From: an uncultured Coriobacteriia bacterium
GTDB lineage: Bacteria; Actinomycetota; Coriobacteriia; Anaerosomatales; PALSA-660
NCBI GenBank assembly: GCA_963695385.1
Contig: OY968780.1
Span: 363,339-427,338 of the forward strand
DNA length: 64,000 bases
Direction of reading: 5' to 3'
In this document: positions 60,053 through 64,000 of the stretch, piece after piece
Layout of the letters: every line of letters starts with the position of its first letter
Numbering within the stretch: the stretch's first letter is position 1
Notes under the pieces: generated by a model
What the model was told of the DNA's origin: nothing
The model's database searches: none
The model's input: the letters and a program-made list of their open reading frames with translations, nothing else
Translations under genes and position numbers: made by a program

Positions 60053-61903
60053 CCGATCTCTGGCCGCGCGTGGAACGACTCCTCGCGCGAGTCGAGCGGC
60101 CCGCGCGCTACATCGACCGGGAGTGGGGCGCGCGTCACGCGCCCGAGGCCGGATACCGCGTGGCTCTGCTCTACCCGGACACGTTCGAACTCGGGATGGC
60201 CAACCAGGCCATCGGCATCCTCTACGACCGCCTCAACCGGCTCGATGGAGTCGCGGCCGAGCGCGTCTTCCTGCCATGGAAGGACATGGCTGCCGCGATG
60301 CGGGACACGGAGGTGCCGCTCTTCACCCTGGAGTCGTGCGCGCCGGTATCGGAGTGCGACCTGCTGGGAGTGACGCTGCCGTACGAGCTCACCTACACCA
60401 ACGTGCTGGAGGCCCTCGACCTCGCCGGCATCCCTCTGCGTTCCGCGGACCGCACGGAGGCGCATCCTCTCGTGGTGGGGGGCGGTCCGTGCTCGTACAA
60501 CCCCGAGCCGCTAGCCGAGTTCCTGGACGCGATCCTGATCGGCGAAGGCGAGGACGCGGCCGGTGAGATCGTCCAGGCCCACCGCGACGCCAGGTCCGAG
60601 GGCCTGTCGCGCGAAGGCCTGCTGGAGAGGCTCGCGGGCATCCAGGGCGTGTACGTGCCCTCGCTCTACGAGCCGGCCAGCGCCGAGGCGCCTGCCCGCC
60701 CCCGCGCCGGATCCTCCGCGCCCCCCGTGGTGCGCAAGAGGGTGCTCGCGACCCTGTCGGACGACTCGGCGCCCGCCTGCCCGGTCGTCCCGTTCATGGA
60801 CGTCGTTCACGATCGCGCGACGGTCGAGATCCTGCGCGGCTGCACTCGCGGCTGCAGATTCTGCCAGGCCGGCATGGTCTATCGACCGGTGCGCGAGCGC
60901 AGCGCGGACGAGGTGGTCCGCGACGCGGTGGCGCGGCTCCGATGCACCGGGTACGAGGACGTCTCTCTCACGTCGCTGTCCACCACCGACCACAGCCGGA
61001 TCGAAGAGGTACTGCGGCGTCTGGGCGCGGCGGTGCGCGGGACGGGTGTGTCGATCTCGCTGCCGAGCCTGCGCGTCGATTCGTTCGGAGTGGAGATGGC
61101 TGCCCTGGCGTCGGCGGGCAACAGGGGCGGTCTCACGTTCGCTCCCGAAGCCGCGACCCAGCGGCTGCGCGATGTCATCAACAAGAACGTGACCGAGGAG
61201 GATCTGCTCGAAACGGTCTCCGCGGCGTTCGCCGCGGGATGGAGGCGGGTGAAGCTGTACTTCATGTGCGGGCTGCCGACGGAGACCGACGAGGACGTGG
61301 CCGCTATCGGCGCGCTGGTGAAACGGGTCCTGGAGACCGCGCGCCAGGCTACGCCTCCCGCGCAGCGCGGAGGCATCCGCGTCGGCGTATCAGTGGCGGT
61401 CTTCGTCCCCAAGGCCCACACGCCCTTCCAGTGGGAGGGGCAGCTTCCCCTCGAGGAGGTCCGCCGCAGGCAGCGGATCCTGCGGGAATCCATCCCCCGC
61501 AAGGGCGTCGACCTGTCATGGCACGATCCCGACGTCGGTCATCCTCGAGGGCGCGCTCGCCCGTGGAGGACGCGAAGTGGGCCGCGTGATCGAGAGGGCC
61601 TGGAGATCGGGTTCGACGTTCGATGCCTGGACGGAGGAGTTCGGCCTGCAGCGATGGCTCGACGCTTTCGCGGCGGAGGGCGTGGATGCGGCCAGCCTCG
61701 CCACCGAGCCGCGCGACCCGGCGCGTCCGCTGCCATGGGATCACATATCGGCGGGCCTGGATCGCGACTTCCTGCTCGCCGAGCGCGACCGCGCGATCGA
61801 AGGGGAGACGACTCCGGATTGCCGTGCCGACGCCTGCACGGGCTGCGGGGTCTGCCCCGATCTGGGCGTGGACATCGTGTTGGCCGGTGGCAGCCGTGGC
61901 TGA
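60049..61903 (+). pseudogene. TIGR03960-like radical SAM protein (B12-binding-like N-domain plus radical SAM core), with a +1 frameshift near 61537
   Basis: CTRGCRFCQAG radical SAM cluster motif. The sequence ...SWHDPDV is in frame 1, then VILEGALARGGREVGRVIERAWRSGSTFDAWTEEF... continues in frame 2 to TGA 61903. ATG 60049 overlaps the upstream stop (ATGA). Confidence 0.8.
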
Positions 61904-62567
61904 GGGGACGTTCCGTCTGAGGGTCAAGTTCGGCAAGACCGGGCGCCTTCGTTTCCTCTCGCACCTGGAGGTCGTTCGCGCGTGCGAGCGGTCCATCAGA
62001 CGCGCGAGGCTCGAATACGCCGTGACCTTGGGTTTCAACCGTCGCATCAAGATGGCATTCGGCCCCGCACTGCCTGTCGGGACCGCGGGACTCGGCGAGA
62101 TGTACGACCTGTGGGTCAGGCGATTCATCTCGCCGGCAGAGGCGCTCGGCCTCCTTCGCGGGTCCACTCCAGAGGACCTGGCGCCCTTCGAGGCGCTATA
62201 CTTGCCGGAGTCGGCGCCTTCTCTCGGGGCGGCGATGACGATCGCGGACTACGAGGTATTGGTGGATTGTCCGGACGGCTGTCCGGACGACGTACGTGCG
62301 GGACTGGAGGCCATCGTGGCCGGCGGCAGCCTCGCGCTTGAGCACAAGGGAAAGTCCAAAGTCTTCGACCTGACCATCTGTCTCCCGAAGGGGATGGAAG
62401 TCAGGGCGATCCCCGGAGGAGCGGCCATCAGTATCACCACTCGAATGGGTGCGTGGGGCTCGCTCCGGCCCGAGGCGCTTGTCGCTCAGGCGCTTGAACG
62501 CTCGTCGGTCTCCGGCGCGGTCACCGCGGTGACGCGCATCGGTCTGCAGTCGGAGAAGGACGCCTAA
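61896..62567 (+). CDS. DUF2344 / TIGR03936-like radical SAM-associated protein
   Basis: The N-terminus FRLRVKFGKTGRLRFLSHLEVVRA.ERSIRRA is typical of this family, which normally follows or is fused to the TIGR03960 protein. GTG overlaps the upstream stop. Confidence 0.75.
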   Translation: MAEGTFRLRVKFGKTGRLRFLSHLEVVRACERSIRRARLEYAVTLGFNRRIKMAFGPALPVGTAGLGEMYDLWVRRFISPAEALGLLRGSTPEDLAPFEALYLPESAPSLGAAMTIADYEVLVDCPDGCPDDVRAGLEAIVAGGSLALEHKGKSKVFDLTICLPKGMEVRAIPGGAAISITTRMGAWGSLRPEALVAQALERSSVSGAVTAVTRIGLQSEKDA

Positions 62568-62594
62568 TCGGGCTTCCTTCTAAGGAGACCGTCT

Positions 62595-64000
62595 GTGCCC
62601 GACACCGTGAGGGAGATGCTCATCTCCCACGATCCTTCCGAGACACGGGTGGCCGTGCTCGAGGACGGATGCCTGGTCGAGTACTACATCGAGCGGGCGA
62701 AACACTCCGTGGTGGGCAACGTCTACCTGGCCAAGGTCAAGGACGTCCTGCCGGGGATGCAGGCTGCCTTCGTCGACATCGGGCTCGAGAAGAACGCCTT
62801 CCTCTACGTGGACGAGGTCGTCGCTCCCGAAGGGATCGAGGACATCCCGAGACGCGACATCCAGTCCATGCTCAAGCCCGGCCAGGACATCCTGGTGCAG
62901 GTGATCAAGGATCCGATGGGCACCAAGGGCGCCAGGGTCACCACCGACATCAGCCTTCCGGGCCGCTGCATCGTCCTCATGCCGTTCTCCGACTTCATGG
63001 GGGTATCGCGGAAGCTCCCGGAGGACGAGCGCATGCGACTCCATGACATCATCGCCTCCAGCGCTCCGGACGGTACGGGGCTCATCGTGCGGACCGCCGC
63101 CGCCGGCAGCAGCGAGAGGGACCTGCTGTCCGATCTGGAGTTCCTGCAGCGCCTGTGGAAGAGGGTCCAGCACCAGTCTCTCGAGGCGCTTGCGCCCGAG
63201 GTCGTGTACACGGAGATGGATCTTCCGCTGCGGTTCGTTCGAGACGTCTTTCGCGGCGACTTCAGGCGGCTGCTGATCGACGACAAGGTCATCTACGAGA
63301 AGGTGCTCGCCTTCCTGAAGAAGACCTCTCCCGAGCTCATGCGCCACGTCTCGCTGTACCGCGACAAGACCCCGCTGTCCGATTACTGCGGCTGGAGCGA
63401 GCAGGCGGCCATCGTGCTCGAGCGGGTCGTCCGATTGCCCTCCGGCGGCTACATCGCCATCGACGGCACCGAGGCGCTGACGGCCATAGACGTCAACACC
63501 GGCAAGTTCACCGGCCGCACCACCCTGGAGGACACGATCTTCCGCACGAACATGGAGGCCGCAGACGAGGTGGCGCGCCAGCTCAGGCTCCGAGACATCG
63601 GCGGCATCATCGTCATCGACTTCATCGACATGGACGACCAGTTCCACCGTGCCGAGTTGATGGCGCGGCTCAGCGCGGAGCTGGACCGCGATCGGACGAA
63701 GACGAGGGTCTCGGAGATCTCGCGGCTGGGCCTGGTCGAGATGACCCGCAAGAACGTCACGGACGGACTCGCGGTGGTACTCACCGAGCGCTGCCCCACG
63801 TGCGGAGGAGCCGGCCGCACGCTCTCCGACTCGACCAGGCGCATCATGGCCGAGCGCCGCATGCGAGAGGTTCTCCTGACAGGCCGGTCGGCGGCCTACC
63901 TGTTCGGACTGCACCCCGAGACGTTCGCGATCGTCAACGCGCCGGGCCAGAACGTCATAGCCTCGCTTCGAGCCGAGACGGACAAGCAGGTCGCGGTCGT
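62595..64000 (+). CDS. rng: ribonuclease G/E family endoribonuclease, 5' part (runs off the window end, so absent from the ORF track)
   Basis: My own translation from GTG 62595 (7 nt after AAGGAG). It shows an S1 domain (GNVYLAKVKDVLPGMQAAFVDIG), then ALTAIDVNTGKF and GGIIVIDFIDM, then the Zn-link CPTCGGAG. The frame is open to position 64000. Confidence 0.85.
   Translation, partial: MPDTVREMLISHDPSETRVAVLEDGCLVEYYIERAKHSVVGNVYLAKVKDVLPGMQAAFVDIGLEKNAFLYVDEVVAPEGIEDIPRRDIQSMLKPGQDILVQVIKDPMGTKGARVTTDISLPGRCIVLMPFSDFMGVSRKLPEDERMRLHDIIASSAPDGTGLIVRTAAAGSSERDLLSDLEFLQRLWKRVQHQSLEALAPEVVYTEMDLPLRFVRDVFRGDFRRLLIDDKVIYEKVLAFLKKTSPELMRHVSLYRDKTPLSDYCGWSEQAAIVLERVVRLPSGGYIAIDGTEALTAIDVNTGKFTGRTTLEDTIFRTNMEAADEVARQLRLRDIGGIIVIDFIDMDDQFHRAELMARLSAELDRDRTKTRVSEISRLGLVEMTRKNVTDGLAVVLTERCPTCGGAGRTLSDSTRRIMAERRMREVLLTGRSAAYLFGLHPETFAIVNAPGQNVIASLRAETDKQVAV

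Overview
This is a gene-dense, high-GC chromosomal window (roughly two-thirds G+C by eye). The gene content suggests an anaerobic, rod-shaped, probably Actinobacteriota-like bacterium. All homology calls come from motif recognition by eye; no searches were run.

Gene content, left to right:
- crcB, terC-family, a lipid kinase, rnd, recQ, xseAB, HIT, acs.
- hemE-hemH-hemY, an IMPase and a fused transketolase.
- A split membrane-bound hydrogenase locus, described below.
- DUF2249, HAD, a Crp/Fnr regulator, a cytochrome b5-like protein and rlmD.
- A REC-PilT fusion, then an osmC / GT2 / BshB-like / BshC-like / ferredoxin cassette.
- plsY with a second lipid kinase, envelope glycosylation genes, tRNA-Arg(CCG), a flavin reductase, an EF-G paralog, cyclophilin, a TPR protein and ndk.
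- rnfCDGEAB with NusG-II and Gx-transporter genes, then radC and mreBCD-mrdA-rodA.
- DUF697, a TIGR03960-like radical SAM protein with its DUF2344 partner, and the 5' part of rng, which runs off the window.

Most noteworthy observations:
1. The hydrogenase large subunit has an in-frame TGA exactly at the first Cys of the C-terminal DPCxxC nickel-ligand motif. A downstream hairpin follows it. This points to a selenocysteine [NiFeSe] enzyme that the ORF track truncates.
2. The small-subunit gene is present twice as a 923-bp direct repeat. I count 12 mismatches and no indels by eye. The copies have sharp boundaries and bracket 5.9 kb. The second copy is paired with the maturation protease but has no large subunit.
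3. A bacillithiol-like cassette (BshB-like deacetylase plus a BshC-like protein) is coupled to a GT2 transferase rather than a GT4, together with OsmC and a small ferredoxin.
4. Five or six single-base (+1) frameshifts cluster at 57.1-61.5 kb. They disrupt mrdA, a DUF697 gene and the radical SAM gene.

I saw no transposase, integrase, CRISPR array or recognisable defence genes.
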